A stretch of 60,983 bases of DNA, counting the filler, from Sluysia triapertura (Eukaryota): assembly GCA_046118255.1 (NCBI GenBank). It is 4 parts of 4 records of this genome, joined end to end, with 100 filler letters (N's around TTAATTAATTAA, not from the genome) between each part and the next. Parts side by side here need not be neighbours in the genome. Positions count along the whole stretch, not along the records: positions 12,610 to 30,692 come from JBJNIA010180805.1; positions 30,793 to 47,856 come from JBJNIA010193160.1; 2 more parts are not named here. The stretch is one strand, 5' to 3'. Positions 27,301 through 39,792 of the stretch are shown here, one piece after another. A model generated the notes under the pieces. That model searched no databases. It saw nothing but the letters and a program-made list of their open reading frames with translations, and was not told where the DNA came from. The translations under genes and the position numbers were made by a program. Within the stretch, counting starts at the first letter, position 1. Every line of letters starts with the position of its first letter.

Positions 27301-29124
27301 CTTAGGATTTTCTTTTCCATTTGTAAATTTTTTCGTGGTTGATATGGAGTTGGTTTTCTTTGTTGTTATTGATGTGGAATTGACTTCATGTAATAATATT
27401 CATATGATTTGTGTGGTGATTTAGAAAAATCAGAAATTGTGTAAATTAAAGAATTATGTGGTTCATGAAATGATTCAAATTTTATTTTGTATATTTTTGA
27501 AAGGTATTGTTGTATCGAAATGGAGATTCAAAGATTGAGAAGTTAGAGCTGAATAAGTAGGAGTATAGGAAGAAGAAGAAGAAAAGGAAGTACAATGTGC
27601 AGAGGGTATCTCCATTGTTTTGTCTAGAAACGACTCATTCCTGACCTTTAAGTATCGTAAAGAGATATTAAATCATAGATGTTATGGAGAATGTGGTACG
27701 AGGTGGGAAAGAATAAAGAAATTTGATTACCTTTTTTGCTCGTGCTATTGGGTTATAAGAATCCAACGGGACACGTTTAATTTATAATGCTTTTTATAAA
27801 TTTATAAGTTTTTTATTCTTAGCGTTTCTAACGCATGGAATTTTTTGAGATATGGTGATAAACATGTCTTGATGATTCGATATTTCTTATAATCCAAAGC
27901 TAAATTAGATTTTACTTTCGTCTGTCATAGGCAAGCGTAGCAGTTGTGCAAACGTGAGCCTTTCTTGTCAGTTATCTAGATTCCCTAGCGTATATTACAG
28001 GTCGATCCTTTATGTGTAATAATGATACCTGCGGTTTTTGAAATAAGACAGAAAACGAAGTAGGGAACTCGTCTGTGTCAATATGAACTATACAATTATT
28101 TGACATTTTTTCAATTAACAAAGATGAGAATCCACACAAAGGAACATGTTCTACGAAAATAAAAATCTTATGTGTGCTTCGTGCTGCCCCAATAATTTTC
28201 GGACTATTGTTATTAGGGAAATGTTGTAAATTGTTAACGATGACGGAATGGAAAGATTCGGTGAAGTAAAATAATTGGGTAACATAATTATTTTTTAATT
28301 CAGACTAAAGTTTAGTTTGTTTTGCTTTATAGAACAATTTATAACTTAATAAAATTGATACGGACTATCCAAAGTATTAAAAACTTTTCACTCCCATTAT
28401 TTCACTCCAAACCTGTCATAAATATTTAATGCAAATCTTTTTTGAACTTTTATGTTATACAATGTAATTTATATGTAACTTATAATGTAAATGATTATTT
28501 TGCTTTACTATAGAAATTATTATTCTTTGACTTATTAAAACTATTCTAATTCCATGTGCCGAATTTTTAAAACTAGTGAAGTGATGGTATTTATCATTTC
28601 GCTCAAACTTTGAATTTCAATTAATTTACTTTCTTATCTTAAAAAATACTAATATTAATTAATTTGTTTAATAATAGAAACTTTAGTAATAAAATATTTT
28701 TTTCTAATTCAGCAATTAAAATTTTATTATCAATGAAATCTTTTTAATTTTAATAATAAAAATTTGTAGAAAACATACACAAAAGAGTGCTAATAGATAT
28801 AAATAGAAGTTGATAAGTGTACTCACTTACGAATTCTAACAATTGTATTTGGTCATTAAATAGCGATTACTATTTAACATCTTCTGGAAAACTTTGCTGG
28901 AAACTTATTTTCTTGGGTGGATGAATCTGGCATTATTAGATTGCGATCCTCCAAAAACATTATTTATATCAAATCGGGCTTCAGTCATTTTTGGATTTTA
29001 TAAAGAATTCGTGACTTTATTTTTGTAAGTTCATTCCTTTTTTAAGGAAAGGATTAAAATCTTACGTAAAATTTGAAACCATTGAAGCTGGCATTCGGTA
29101 GCTTTAAAATTATAGCTAAGATTC

Positions 29125-29164
<40 letters not shown>

Positions 29165-30010
29165 TCTTTGTGTTATATTTCGTTCACAGTTTACAAATAT
29201 TCGTATGTTAAATTAATTGTTTTATATACATTCAAATAATATTTTGTTGAATTTTTAAATTTGAATGTAATTTTTGAATGTAAATTTGAATGTAATACGT
29301 TTATTTTTACATCGAAAGTGTATGTGTATTACATCATACATACTTAACTAAAGGAATTTAAAAAATGATGTTTTAAGCGAATCCTTAGATTGACGTAACA
29401 GTTTTGCTGTCAATAGTTTTTATAAAAGAAACAAATATAACTAATTTTCAATCTTGCGAAAATCAATTTGGACTACTAAATTGCGAAATTACAGACCAAA
29501 TTAGAATTGGGAAGTCACAATATCATTAACTGATTTACTGTTACGATTGTATAGATTAAACACTACTAATTATTCGAATAGGTTTAACTTATACACATTC
29601 TCTCTTATTGTTACTAAAGGTTGAATAAAAAATTTTCTTAGCTTCTGTTAAAATCATATAGGTACGTCGCTCAAGAGAGTGTAAATCGTATATTACAGGC
29701 GAACCATAAGTCAATATTTTATTTTGTAAGTTAGTTTTCGAATAAAACAGTCCACAATACTCATTTAAATATCAAACAAATAAACATAAATGAAATACAA
29801 AGTTGACTCGCACATTAAATATGCAAGACATTTGCATACAGAAAACTAAATTAAGAAATTTATAATATAAAATAATCCAAACTCTTAAATTATTTTTTTA
29901 ATATTAAATTGATTTTATTAATTTAAAATATTTTTTATAATTTCGTTTTCTAATTATTAATGTTAAATAATAGTTTATCAGTTTATTTTTTTTGTTTATA
30001 ATTTTTTTAG

Positions 30011-30180
30011 ATGATTGTGGCATGTTTAAATTATCCAGAAGGTCAAAAAGAAATTCAGAAATGGGTGCTAATGGTACTGCCTTCACTGGTAAGTAGTACA
30101 CCAGAAATTTTATCAATATGGTCAATCACTATTGTTTTAATAGCTTGCAATCCAAACAGATGTCCCTATTTGCGAGCATT
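30011..30180 (+). CDS. htt: Huntingtin homologue, penultimate exon
   Basis: Phase-0 acceptor tttttag matches the previous donor. GQKEIQKWVLMVLPSLVSSTPEILSIWSITIVLIA aligns with human [36 protein letters not shown]. Donor gtcagt at 30181 (phase 2). Confidence 0.88.
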
Positions 30181-30287
30181 GTCAGTTTATATTCTTTATT
30201 ATATAATTTATAATAAATTATTGAAATTTATTATAATTTTAAATTCCAACTATAATAAAAGTGATAAATATGAATTTATTTTTGTAG

Positions 30288-30609
30288 ATATAGTGTCTGC
30301 TTGGATTGGTTGGCAAGGTTTGAAAAAAGTCTGAAATATTCTTTTTCTGGTAATAGTAGCAGTGCTCGATCATCAGTCTGTACAGACCCTTACGAACAAT
30401 CAGAATTGGAAGACCTGTTTTGTTTAGCGTCACTTGCATTTCTGCACGACATTTCCAATAAAAATAGTCATATATCTCTAGAAGATAATAAATTAGAAGA
30501 AATTATTGAAACGAAATCTGCTTTTATTACTGCTATTCAGTCGAAAATGAATCAAGTAGTTGTGTTTAAAAAACTTTATGATATGGCTTTTGAGGAACAA
30601 TTGATTTGA
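30288..30609 (+). CDS. htt: Huntingtin homologue, last coding exon
   Basis: Acceptor tttgtag ends at 30287 and is phase-2 compatible. EQSELEDLFCLASLAF...KSAF...FKKL aligns with human EQVDVNLFCLVATDF...RRAF...YHRL. Stop TGA at 30607-30609. Confidence 0.85.
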
Positions 30610-30621
30610 TATTATTATTGC

Positions 30622-30692
<71 letters not shown>

Positions 30693-30822
30693 NNNNNNNN
30701 NNNNNNNNNNNNNNNNNNNNNNNNNNNNNNNNNNNNTTAATTAATTAANNNNNNNNNNNNNNNNNNNNNNNNNNNNNNNNNNNNNNNNNNNNTGGGCTCA
30801 CCAAATGTTAGACTTCGTAAAA

Positions 30823-30895
30823 TGGACTGACCGGGGATCGAACCCGGGACCATCGTCTGCGCAGTCCGAATGCTCTACCTCTGAGCTATCAGCCC
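30823..30895 (-). pseudogene. tRNA-like cassette (Ala-like acceptor, defective anticodon arm) inside a repeat element
   Basis: GGGCTGA/TCAGTCC-A acceptor with G3:U70, D arm GCTC-AGAGGTA-GAGC, T arm CCGGG-TTCGATC-CCCGG, then TTTT. The anticodon stem has only 3 pairs and one extra base. Confidence 0.75.
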
Positions 30896-30960
30896 CGTCT
30901 AACAATTTCAATTTTAATATATTCAATTATACTACTTGGCACTTTTTAGGTCTTTTACCC

Positions 30961-30985
30961 CAACAACAACAACAACAACAACAAC

Positions 30986-31026
<41 letters not shown>

Positions 31027-31040
31027 TAATAATAATAATG
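30961..31040 (+). repeat. (CAA)n(TAA)n tract, probable tail of the tRNA-containing element
   Basis: Begins exactly where homology with the 48540 copy ends. Confidence 0.8.
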
Positions 31041-31748
31041 ATGTAAATCATAGGATAAAAAGTTCAAATTATATTTTAAATTAATTCTTATTTAATACAT
31101 TATTTTACACATTCAATACTAGCATCGCTTATATGCAACGTACCAGTTCTTGTTTTTGAGCCCGGCGTCGCAAATGTGTGGTGTATTTACCTTATCAATT
31201 TTCGATAAAGTGTTAATAAATAATACAATTTTTTAATGACAGTTGTACATAGAAAAACACTATATAAATTGTAAATAAAGTAAAAGAGAACTAATAATTT
31301 TGGTCAATAGTTTTATTTTAAAAGTAATAATTTTGTCCATATTAAATTTCGATCATATACTTCTCGAATATTTTGGATGTCAATCAATTCGTTTGAAAAA
31401 CGTTACTTAAACCAATAATCTTGTTATTAATAGTTGCTGTTAGGTAATCCTTCTTATTCTGGATAACATTTTATCAACATTATAATTGAAAATGATTCGT
31501 TTGCAGTGAGTAAATTTATTGCTTCTCTGCATCATAAATTCTTTAATATTAAAATTTGTCATAAAGAATTTACGTTCATTATTTGTTGTATAATATGTTA
31601 CACAAAATAAATTCTTCATTACAAAATTTTTTAGAAAGCATTCAAAATTTGAGCGCAATATATTATTACTTGAATAAATTTTAAATAGGTTCAAATTATT
31701 TTAAAGATTTAGAAAATTTCGCAATTTCGTTAAAGGGTTCAAAGACTT

Positions 31749-31808
31749 TTACGAAATTTGTTTAGCACTTCCATTTTGAAGAGCAGAGACGAATATCGAA
31801 CTCAATCT
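31749..31808 (-). CDS. Same unidentified gene, probable last exon
   Basis: Acceptor aacttag, phase 0; RLSSIFVSALQNGSAKQIS then TAA. Short, so support is weaker. Confidence 0.45.
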   Translation of the reverse strand, partial: RLSSIFVSALQNGSAKQIS

Positions 31809-32277
31809 CTAAGTTAAAGCAGATATTTAATAAATTAAATTAACATAACATTATAGAAAGAATCGTAATTAAAGTAAACATACATTAGGATTTCGAAGTT
31901 AATAAAAAATCGTAGAAAGTAAACGTTAAAGATTAGCACTTATAATAGTAGTAAACGATTAACAAAATATAAATATCATCGGATTTGTTATACGAAAATA
32001 AAATTTGAGAGATTCATCAAGGAAAAGAACTTAAAAGTCTTTAAGTGTATCAGTATCGGAATAAATTTCAGTAAGAAATCAGCTAAAATTAAGAAAACAT
32101 ATGATTACTATACAATAAACATAAAACAAAAATTCTTTGCAATAATAATAGTATTAGTAACAATAATAATAATGATAATAATAATAATAAGTAATATACA
32201 CAATTTAAAAGCGATTTATCAACGAACACTAAAATATAAGCGTATATAATTTAATTTGTTATTAAAAAACGACATAC

Positions 32278-32453
32278 TTGGTTCATTTTTGATTTCTGAT
32301 TGGCTCCTGGTGAATTTATGTAATTGGGGGTAGTTGAATATGGTGATTGGAATGGTAAATTAAGTCGCAAAAATGGAGAGCATATTTCGGTCGTAGCAGG
32401 CGAAAATGGATCTCTATCAGGTTCGATACCAGACATGCATGAAACATTGGAAT
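32278..32453 (-). CDS. Same unidentified gene, exon C
   Basis: Acceptor tacttag, phase 1, matches exon B. NSNVSCMSGIEPDRDPFSPATTEICSPFLRLNLPFQSPYSTTPNYINSPGANQKSKMNQ (SP/TP-rich); donor gtatgt, phase 0. Confidence 0.65.
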
Positions 32454-33829
32454 CTAAGTAAAATAATTTCAATCTATAAATGTTAATACATTATTCAAAT
32501 TTTCAATATATAAAAATCATTAATAAAATCCTGGTATTTTAAAACCACACTACGAAATAGAATATTAATTTTGCAGAAATATGCATGTTTTATAAAAATA
32601 ATACTCAATTATAATTTTGTTTGCGTGTGTTTGGTTTCACTTGGAAATTAAGACCACAAATGGCTGGATAAATCGTAATTTTCTCGCGAGTTTTTTTTTA
32701 TTATTGTTCATAATGCATGTCAAAATCATGGGCTATTTCGTCGATACCCTTTAAAACAAACATGATAATCATAATTTTCTAACAAAAATCATAAACTTAA
32801 TCTGGTGATTACGAATATAATTAGAGACTTCGAAAAACATTTGTGTGGTATTACAAGTGCATATGATGAATTTGTAATAATAAAAATTCGACTAAATATT
32901 CAAAACATTTGACAAACGGAACATCGAAAATCCTTGTCGCAAATAGAAACATGTTTGTAATTTCATGCTTGTCGATTAAAGCTGATATGAAATCTGACAA
33001 AAGTTATGATCACATGGTAGAGTTTATTTCGTTGATCGATATTTATTTAATTAAAATTACATATTAAACTAGATTCCATTAACTGATTTCCTATTTGACA
33101 ATCCAAGAAATCACGTACTAAAAATATAATTTTAAAAATCTGTTTAAAAAACTGCAAGAAATAAAAGAATGTCTTTCAAGATCATAAAAAGGATAGAACT
33201 AATTGTAATAATGACCTTCAAAGTCGTTTTACATATTTGCTATAAAAATATAACTGTTTCTTTACTTTAATTTACTCAATTTGTATTAAATTTAAATTTT
33301 TTTTATTTGTTACCATTTCTAAATTAAGTTTTGACTTTTTTAGGTTTATAAATGTGGAGGTGACATAAAAATTGTAAATAAAGTAAATAATATAATTAAT
33401 TTCGTTTATAAATATTTTGTAAATAATATTAATAATATTAAATAATAAATAATTTGTAAATATTATCAATTAATTTTCTAATTGTTTATCAAAAATTTTA
33501 TTATTAATTTAAGTATTAAATCAAAAATTTCATTATAATTTTAGTATGCATGAAAAGCATTAATTTTTTTATGAGAATGAATCTGGTTTTATGATTTTAT
33601 ATTTTAATGACTATGAATGGTTTTATTATTTATGTTAATTTATTTTATTACTTATTTGAGGAAACAAAATATTTAGTTATTAAGTTTTAAAACCTTCTCA
33701 TTTTAATTGAAAACTAAAAAAGTTATAATTTTGGATAACAATTAATATAAAAAGACTAGATTTATAAAATATCGACACAACAAAAAGGAAGAAATCAAAA
33801 TCAAGAAAGGGATTTAATTTACTCACATT

Positions 33830-34275
33830 GATCCAGCTCTTTCTGATTTTATTTTTGGTAATCACCTCGCTGGTATAAAGTCAAGCAGAAACATTTCAAT
33901 ATTTATTTTCTAATTGCTGTTTTTCCATGAATCCGTAAGCTTTTTAATTTTAAGGTCATGCTATAATATTTAGCTGTCAAAGCAACTTAAACTCATTTTT
34001 GTTATATATATACATTGTTAATAAAGTTTTTATTTATTTCTTGTAATAAATTATTAGTAGTTGACTTTATTTGTCTAAATAGAATTAATTTAAATTTTAT
34101 AAATTGATTTAAAATAGTATTAAATAAAGAGAAAATTCTGTTTAATAATTATCAAATATAATCATACGTTCAACCCTCAAATTTTGTAAAGAAATAAGTA
34201 GTAATCTTTGATTTAAATCCTATAATTGCGTCTTCTTTACAACATAAATCGCAAATTATAGGCGGACCCTTTATA
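33830..34275. repeat. Degenerate interspersed repeat family B (copies also at about 36960-37360 and 29650-29710)
   Basis: Shared blocks CCATGAATMCGTAAGCT and TCCTRTAATTRCGTCTTC...AAATCGYAAATYAYAGGCGRACCC. Confidence 0.65.
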
Positions 34276-34660
34276 GTAATTTTATAATTGTTAAGTTTCA
34301 AGAGAGAAATACGACATAATATTTCACAATTATTTGAGTAGTCATGAGTTTATATAAGTTTAACTTAAAGGAACAGCAGATGATTTTTATTTTATATAAT
34401 AAACCCTATTGGTTTTTAATTAGTTTACAATTAGTTTTTTAGTTTTAATTCTTTTTTTGGAAGAGATGGAAAAAATGGAAACGTAAAAGTAAATTTAAGT
34501 ACTTAAAAAAATTAGTCCCAAATCCTTATAATCAGAAATAAATTAATTCTTGATGCAGTAACAAGAATAAAACAAAAATAAATAAATAAATACAAATCAA
34601 CCACTCAAAACACTTATATCATTATTCAACGTTAAGTTTAATTTAATTTAAATTATTTAA

Positions 34661-35150
34661 CCCATTACAGTCTTATTTTAATTCCATTGAATCCTCCACA
34701 GGTCCTATTTAATTCCAGCGAAAACGCAAAATTTTCACAACTAAATGCCTGACTCAAAAAACTTACTCAAACCTAATTTAAATTATTTATTTATTAATTT
34801 AATTACGTTGATGATGTATTTATGTGTTTATGTAATATTTGTATAATATAAAAAATAAAAATAATATAATATATTAATGTATATAACTATTTACTTCAAA
34901 CAGCCAAAAAACATTTTCCTCCACCACTTGACGGATTTTCTAGTAAAACCGTAGCTAGAAATTTGCACCAATGTGATTGCAAATAAAAATACGAAATGTA
35001 AACATTTTCTTATCGGACCAACTTCGACATAAAACAGATTACACAAAATTTTCAATGATTATGTTAAATCAGTGTCGGGGCTGCCTCGACAGAGGGCCTT
35101 AACGATAAAATTGTAATGTCGGAGTTGTCCCGACAGTGGACAGAAAAGGG
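34661..35150. mobile_element. piggyBac-type MITE
   Basis: TTAA|CCCATTACAGTC ... GACAGAAAAGGG|TTAA, with two subterminal 19-bp imperfect palindromes TGTCGGGGCTGCCTCGACA and TGTCGGAGTTGTCCCGACA. Confidence 0.7.
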
Positions 35151-35521
35151 TTAATGAAAGCACTTAGAGGTAATTATATCTCAAATGGGACCCATTACAT
35201 CATTAATAAATTAAAATACATTATCATTACATTACTAAAACAAAAAATTATAATTTTATAAACGAATTAAATATTGAAAGACATACTACATGTTGTACTT
35301 ACTTAAAATTTATGAAAAGGTAGAATAAATTAACGAATTTTCAGTAAACTCGGATAAAGTATATTCGTAGTAATCAATAACATTTTTGAAGTACTTTTAA
35401 GCATCAGGATAAAAATAAGACATTAAAAAGTAACATAATTAGCGAGACATTCAAAAATTAAACATGAATATTAACAAGCACGAATAAATATTAGCGAAAG
35501 TATATGTTATTATTATTATTA

Positions 35522-35565
<44 letters not shown>

Positions 35566-38298
35566 TTGCAGCGGTGAATGTAATGAAATAATAATAATAA
35601 TGGTAAAGGTAATAATATAATAAAATATGATGTAGAATAAAAAATGGGAGCTCATTTAGGGATATATGATGCTGAATTTCTTTAGCTAAGAACGATAATG
35701 GAGCAAAATTATACTTTATATAATATTCGCGTTTATATAAAAAGTTAATTGCATTTAAAAGAATAAGGGGCAAAAGTAATATTTGAGATATTATTATAAC
35801 CGTTAATTTAATGATTGCTAAGCTTACTGAAGTTTAAATTTTTAATGCATTTAAATTATACCTAAGTTTATTATTATTTTTTTTTGAGTATACATTTTGT
35901 TTTTGAAGATAAAATAATGTCGAGTAGTAATTATAGATCAAGTACATCTAGACCATCTAAGCCAAATCTAGGAAATCTACAGAAGTTCCTAGTATTAAGT
36001 TATAAGTCACATACTGTCAACAAACCTTTAAATCATAAATCATAACTTTTGTTTTTTCTCTAAGAGAAATGAATAACATTATCAATAAAAACATTATAAA
36101 CAGTGTCGAAAAAATTCTAAATGAATACAAAATGTTATATTAATTAGAAATTATATCTAATTATAAATGTAATACACCACAAATTCAAGAGATCAATTTG
36201 AATTTTATCCTGCAGTTGGCAATTCCATCTTTATCGAAATAAGACATATTCGAAAGCTTAATATGTATTTAGGAAATATATTACCTTTTTAGAAGCTTTT
36301 TAAAGTTATTGTCATAAGTAAATTTTAACAATAAAATTTAACAATAATTAATGTTGGATAACTAACAAGTTCTTCATTACCAGACGCTGGCAGTTCATTA
36401 ATGGCCAAACAGGGAACATGTAATATTTTAATAATTGATACATAGTGTAGAATAACAATTTTATTCATATTTCATAATAAAATGTGTAAAAAGTAATTTC
36501 ATTATAAATTAATTTAATAATAATTAAATAACAAGAAAATGTGTAAATAATAATTAATAATTTTATTGTAAATTAAATTTAATCTCATTTTGTAATCAAA
36601 ATTATAGAAAATTTAATAATATCGAAATTGTTTATAAATTTAAGAAAATTTTATCATTAAAAAAGAAATAAAATTAACATTTATTTATATTAGAAAACAA
36701 ATAAATCATATTTTATTTTTGTTTATAAAATAATTAAAAAAGGAAATGAAACAATTTTCGATAAAACATTAATCGTTTTCACAATTATTTCGCGTTTTGT
36801 TATCAACAATGTAGTGGAAAATTTCTAATTCAACAGTTCACGATTACTGAAGGATTTAATTTCTAATATATAATTTAATTTATATATGATTTAATTTCTA
36901 GCAGTTTCTTCAATCTCGGTTATTAAAGAATTCTTGGAAAATTATTTGATCATTTTGAACTCAGGTCCATGAATACGTAAGCTGGTTTTTATTAAGTTTT
37001 AGATTTGATCCTCAGCTATAAAATGAACGTAAAATCATTTCACTCACATCCAAACATTCGCCTGGATTAAAATCTTTTTTAAATCTTTTAAATCAGGAAA
37101 ATTAAATTATTATTTTCTTGTGGTAATAAAACTTAGTGTTTTTCGTTTGGTTAATTTATTAATTAACATATACGTAAAAGAACTTTAGGATAAGTAAATT
37201 TAGTTCGTACATTTCGCCATATAAATTTAAAATTTCGTTTTTTAAGCGAAGAGACCATTTAACGAGTAAGGATATTTTACGAAGGTTATTGTCATTTTCA
37301 TCCTGTAATTACGTCTTCCTTGAGATACAAATCGTAAATCACAGGCGAACCCGTTTATTCTTATAATTGTTGCTGCTAAAGGAAAAAAGTAGAACAATAG
37401 ATAAGTTGTGGTTTTCTTTGTACTAGACTAGTATTAGAAAATAAAATGGATTTTTCTGTTGCAAAGGTTTTAGATTTAACATTCTTTAATTCATTAACAG
37501 ATCCTTTAAACATTTACGAAGAAAATAAATTAATTTCAGTGCTATTGACGCAAATCAAATATACATGAATGTTGTTGAATTGATAACATATTTGCTTTCA
37601 TTATATTACTAATTCAAATGAAATAGGTCTATTAAATAAATGGAAAATTACATAAGTCTATTTGAATAAAATTAAAAGAAAATTAATTGCTTGTGATGTG
37701 GTAGAATATACAATAATGCATATATAAAATAACAAGTGTTAAGTAATTTGAATGAACTTATGACTTGTAATATTGTGAATTATCAAATAACACACAATAA
37801 ATGGAAAATCAAAGTAATAATTTGAATAAAAATAACATAAATACATGAGATAATAATAATACACATAACAAGAAATAATAGAGATAAAAATAACAATAAC
37901 ACGTGCAATTAGATAGTAAAATGACAATTATAGAAAGTAATATTTGTCAATAAGAACAAACAATGATTATTTGACAGTAATTTACAGTAATTTTATCATT
38001 TATTTTGTTTGAGAATTTCTGGGTTAAGTTTGTTTATGTGTGAAAGTGTTGAAAGTACAGGAAGAAATGAAAAAGTATAAATGAGTATTGTTATTGTTGT
38101 TGTTTTTGTAGTTGAAAGCTGCTATTATTTTGAGCTTAGGTTGTTGTAAATATGTAGTTAGCTGCATTTTAAGTGAGTGTAAATTTCTGAAGATTAAATA
38201 TGTCATTGTGAAACGATTCTATTTTACTAAGAATATATAAGGAAATATTTTATTACAAATTAAATATGACTAGGTTTTACAATAATCAGGAAACAAAC

Positions 38299-38482
38299 TT
38301 GTAGATTGAATTCGATATTTTTGATGATTGATGAGAGAAGGTAAATCGAGTGACAAAGATGTCTTAACTTTACTTTTCGTTTTGATTAGTTTATTTCTAG
38401 TTGCAATATCAAATTCAGTAATTTCTTCAGATTCGTTTGGAATTTTACTTCTATTGTTACTGTAAACGTCTATTAATAACTT
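38299..38482 (-). CDS. Same unidentified gene, exon B
   Basis: Acceptor tttcag, phase 0, matches exon A. KLLIDVYSNNRSKIPNESEEITEFDIATRNKLIKTKSKVKTSLSLDLPSLINHQKYRIQST; donor gtttgt, phase 1. Not in the ORF track. Confidence 0.6.
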
Positions 38483-39478
38483 CTGAAATTATTATTATTA
38501 TCATTATTGTTATTTTTGTTATTATTATTGTTGCTATCGATGAAAGAGCATTGCTCAAATTACATAATTTAAATCAAAAACAAGCACAAAGTATATTGTT
38601 AAAAAATAAATGGTAATCGTGGATAAAAATTAAATAAAAATAAAAAAGCTAATGAATAAAGAAAGGATTAGATACTTTCAAAAGACGGTCGAGATTGCAA
38701 GAATAACATGAATCCGTTTGATCTTTGCAAGATATAAATAAGCTGTGACAAATATAAAGAAATTTCCAAAGAATTTTTTATTTAATTTTCATTTATTACT
38801 TTTAAATTTGAATTTTAAAATTAAACATATTTGATGTTCTCGAACATGGAACACATTTTGTAAAATAGTAGAACACGTGGTACACGAAAGATCAAGTATA
38901 ATCAATTAGCATAATATTAAGGATATGAACAATTCAATTTTTGATACAGCTAGAAGGCAACAATTACGCAGAGATGTTTAGTTTGATAAATGACTTCTTA
39001 ATGAATCGCAATATGAAAGTTAAATTCGGCGATAACTTATCAAGATTAAAACAGTTGTAATTGATTTTTATTCTGTAATCTGTAGTAATGGATAAAGTAG
39101 TAATTGTTATTAAATGAATATGTTCATTCCACTTAAGTTTGTAAATTTAAAAAAATAGTACTAAAAATAGAATCCAGATTTGAATGTTTACTTATTTACT
39201 TATTTGTGCCTTAAAAGTTTTATATGTTCACAGCTTTTTAAACTGATTTAAGCTTTTTTGATTTTTTCAAATCGTCTAATCTTTTTGCTCTTCATTTAGC
39301 TTCTTTTTAATGGATGCTAATAATAACTTATAAATTTATCATTGTTGATTTTTCTAATTTAAATCAATATCAAAATGCATTTTTGAAGATTAACACTCTT
39401 AAACTTATAAAACTTAAATTTGAATGAAATATTTTATTATTAAAAATAAACCCTTAACTTAATATAAAAATTACATAC

Positions 39479-39792
39479 CTTTTTAATACTTATTTCACCT
39501 TCATTACTCAGTGGTCGATGCTCTTCCGATTCAGAAAAATTATATTCATCCAAGATTGATGTATTATTATTATTATTATTATTATTATTTGTGTTTGTAT
39601 TTGTATTGATGCTCAAATTAGGATTAAAACTCGAAGTAGGGTTAGTTGATGAGAATGTTGCATTCAGTGAGTTACGTTGACTATTAAAGTATCGATCACA
39701 AAGTGCTTTTTTGAAATGAATAGGAGTTGTCGAAGAAATAAGTGAAGTTTGTTGAACATCACTCGAGATAGGTTGTGACGAAGAATATGTTT
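39479..39792 (-). CDS. Unidentified Ser/Thr/Asn-rich protein, exon A (upstream exons uncertain)
   Basis: Minus-strand acceptor tttag and donor AAG|gtatgt. Open 104-codon frame ETYSSSQPISSDV...EGEISIKK including a poly-Asn run. Confidence 0.65.

Noticed and set aside
30823-30895. Functional tRNA gene
   Set aside because: The anticodon stem is mispaired with an extra base and the anticodon is ambiguous (TGC or GCG); embedded in a repeated element.
30805-30990. Poly-Q ORF next to huntingtin
   Set aside because: It is the antisense reading of the tRNA-like cassette plus the (CAA)n tail, lies downstream of the huntingtin stop and across a gap. The HTT poly-Q is N-terminal.
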